This document shows positions 62,901-64,000 of a stretch of 64,000 nucleotides of DNA, one piece after another. The DNA lies in assembly GCA_950097015.1 (NCBI GenBank), contig CATNEN010000025.1:6696001-6760000 (forward strand). Reading direction: 5' to 3'. This DNA is from Macrostomum hystrix. Lineage: Eukaryota > Animalia > Platyhelminthes. Position 1 is the first letter of the stretch, and each line of letters starts with the position of its first letter. The notes below the pieces were generated by a model. It ran no database searches and had not been told where the DNA came from. It saw nothing but the letters and a program-made list of their open reading frames with translations. A program made the translations under genes and the position numbers.

Positions 62901-64000
62901 ACTTACAACCTGTAATTTATTACACTTCCCACCTGTGTTTTATCCCACTACCCACCAATAATTAATCACACTTCCCACCTGTTTTTTATCCCACTTCCCA
63001 CCTGTCCTTTCTCTTACTTCCCATCTGTCTAATCCTTATCTCCTAATCTGTCCCTTGATCTAGAATCTCACAAAGACATTATCTTTAAGTATTTTTAGCC
63101 AATCATAACCCAAGTCTCACCAGCCCCCGATCCGGCGTCCACGCACAGCCGCATGAGCAGTTGCAGCAGGGCCTCGCTAATAGTAACTGGCAGGTCGCAA
63201 AGTTCGGCTAGCAACAATAGCGACTCAGCTCGCACGTCAGCATCAGCGTGATCTGTGAAATTTTTTATAAATCATACGCAATTTTAGTAGTATAGAAGGA
63301 ACATTTTAACAAAAAATATTTAAGTTAATAAGATACGCACCAGTTGCTAACGGCAAAAATCCCTTAGAAACCAGATTTGCCGCTTCGTTCATTCCGTCAG
63401 GCGTTCCAGTTGCTAGGCGACGAGCAAAATCGCGCACCAACTGTCGGGTCAGCTGACCGGGCAGTCGGCGCAGCCTACTGTGGCCGCCCAGCTCGCCAAG
63501 CAGGTGCTCAACAAAGCCGGCTCGCTGTTCGCAGTTGGCTAGTCCCGGCTCGGCGCACAGTCGGGCCATGCAGGCCAGGCAGCCGACACGCAGCTGATCG
63601 CCGATTGGCTCGGCCGATTCCGCTACAGAATCTGCCAAGCTGTACAGAGCGGCACCGATTGTCTCGAGTTCGCCAGACAGGTGAGCAACTAGAGGCTGTT
63701 GAGTCGAAGATGACTCGGCTGCCGGGTTGACCGACGGCGATGGTGACAGAGAGGCGATCAGCAGACGGCGCAGAATGTCTAACAGGCTACATTTAGTAGC
63801 CGACTGGGGTCAGAGTAAGGCATTCCTTGGTTTAGTAGCTGTTTTTCTCTACTGAAAGCAATGCATAAAAGTACACGAAGGCTTACATCTTTCCTATCCG
63901 CTAGTCCAGCGAGGATGTCCGGCAGAATGCCCGTCAGCAGTTTCAGCCGGATTTCGTAGCCGGCGGATAGGGAGGCCGATTCCAGTGCGCGGCCAGTGGC
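59502..64000 (-). CDS. MMS19: MMS19/MET18-like cytosolic Fe-S assembly HEAT-repeat protein, 3' part: complement(join(59502..59903,59940..59984?,60208..60284,60436..60795,61371..61515,61571..61682,62455..62668,63121..63252,63341..63803,63887..>64000))
   Basis: A phase-consistent GT-AG exon chain. The C-terminus LPTAELLPHRPAVVARLGAALNDPKRLARGDAARARNAWFLIG* matches the MMS19 C-terminal motif recalled as LLPYKPQVIRALAKPLDDKKRLVRKEAVSARGEWFLL. Leu/Ala-rich helical repeats lie upstream. The gene continues beyond the window. Confidence 0.8.
59940..59984 (-). CDS. MMS19: MMS19 candidate 45-nt exon (KLDHLVLQFSGETTL)
   Basis: TTCCTTTAG acceptor and GTATTT donor, phase 0 to 0, followed by a 36-nt intron. 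Confidence 0.5.
60030..60152 (-). mobile_element. tRNA-derived SINE or tRNA pseudogene fragment in an MMS19 intron
   Basis: On -, TGGCCTAGTAG (A box) and GGTTCGATTCCC (B box); arms do not pair well. Confidence 0.55.
60208..60284 (-). CDS. MMS19: MMS19 exon (EACLLAAISLAQSASPDLIVDYIDS)
   Basis: TTTTCAG acceptor and GTGAGC donor; phase 1 to 0. Confidence 0.75.
60436..60795 (-). CDS. MMS19: MMS19 exon (EFLAWCLKALLLSG...IGPLAVQKCL)
   Basis: AAAG acceptor and GTGAGT donor; WxxKALxL motif as in MMS19. Confidence 0.8.
61371..61515 (-). CDS. MMS19: MMS19 exon (LSKFF...LYASLINKCLD)
   Basis: TACAG acceptor and GTGAGT donor; open frame; phase 0 to 1. Confidence 0.75.
61571..61682 (-). CDS. MMS19: MMS19 exon (DESSRVKPAIDW...ALLINLSPE)
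   Basis: CTGTCCCAG acceptor and GTGAGC donor; phase 2 to 0. Confidence 0.7.
61850..62370. repeat. 28-nt array (CTCCCATCTCACCAGATCCTTCTCCATT) in an MMS19 intron
   Basis: About 18 copies. Confidence 0.95.
62455..62668 (-). CDS. MMS19: MMS19 exon (ATEEIRPRLEAL...CVQAFARNLSI)
   Basis: TTTGCAG (NAGNAG) acceptor and GTGAGG donor; phase 1 to 2. Confidence 0.7.
62735..63050. repeat. 23-nt array (TTTTATCCCACTTCCCACCTGTG) in an MMS19 intron
   Basis: About 13 degenerate copies. Confidence 0.85.
63121..63252 (-). CDS. MMS19: MMS19 exon (HADADVRAESLLLLAELC...)
   Basis: TTTCACAG acceptor and GTGAGA donor; HEAT-like; phase 1 to 1. Confidence 0.75.
63341..63803 (-). CDS. MMS19: MMS19 exon (SATKCSLLDILRRLL...GFLPLAT)
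   Basis: CCCCAG acceptor and GTGCGT donor; 154-codon open frame; phase 0 to 1. Confidence 0.75.
63887..64000 (-). CDS. MMS19: MMS19 exon, truncated by the window edge (...IRLKLLTGILPDILAGLADRKD)
   Basis: Open frame ending at donor GTAAGC in phase 0. Confidence 0.65.

Overview
Eukaryotic genomic DNA with GT-AG introns, about two-thirds tandem repeat by eye. The repeat style suggests a repeat-rich invertebrate, possibly a Macrostomum-like flatworm; this is inference only. Two genes converge. (1) A protein kinase D (PRKD-family) gene lies on + from 752 to 56681. I reconstructed it by hand as 13 phase-consistent coding exons (2,421 nt, 806 aa: C1a, C1b, PH, kinase). Intron 6 (11235-44094, 32.9 kb) is almost entirely a ~31.6 kb pyrimidine-rich 23-nt satellite, which produces the artefactual 10,000-aa ORFs. 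A diverged second copy of the subdomain-XI exon (53539-53627) looks like a mutually exclusive alternative to the canonical exon (54841-54926). No ubiquitin-like domain exon is present in the window. (2) The 3' part of an MMS19-like HEAT-repeat gene lies on - from 59502 to beyond 64000, with a candidate 45-nt exon and 36-nt intron. The introns also hold a complete internally deleted Helitron with a nested hAT MITE, tRNA-derived SINEs (one with a 13-bp TSD), a foldback-like element and about 15 different minisatellite arrays. All gene models are manual, with no RNA or database evidence.
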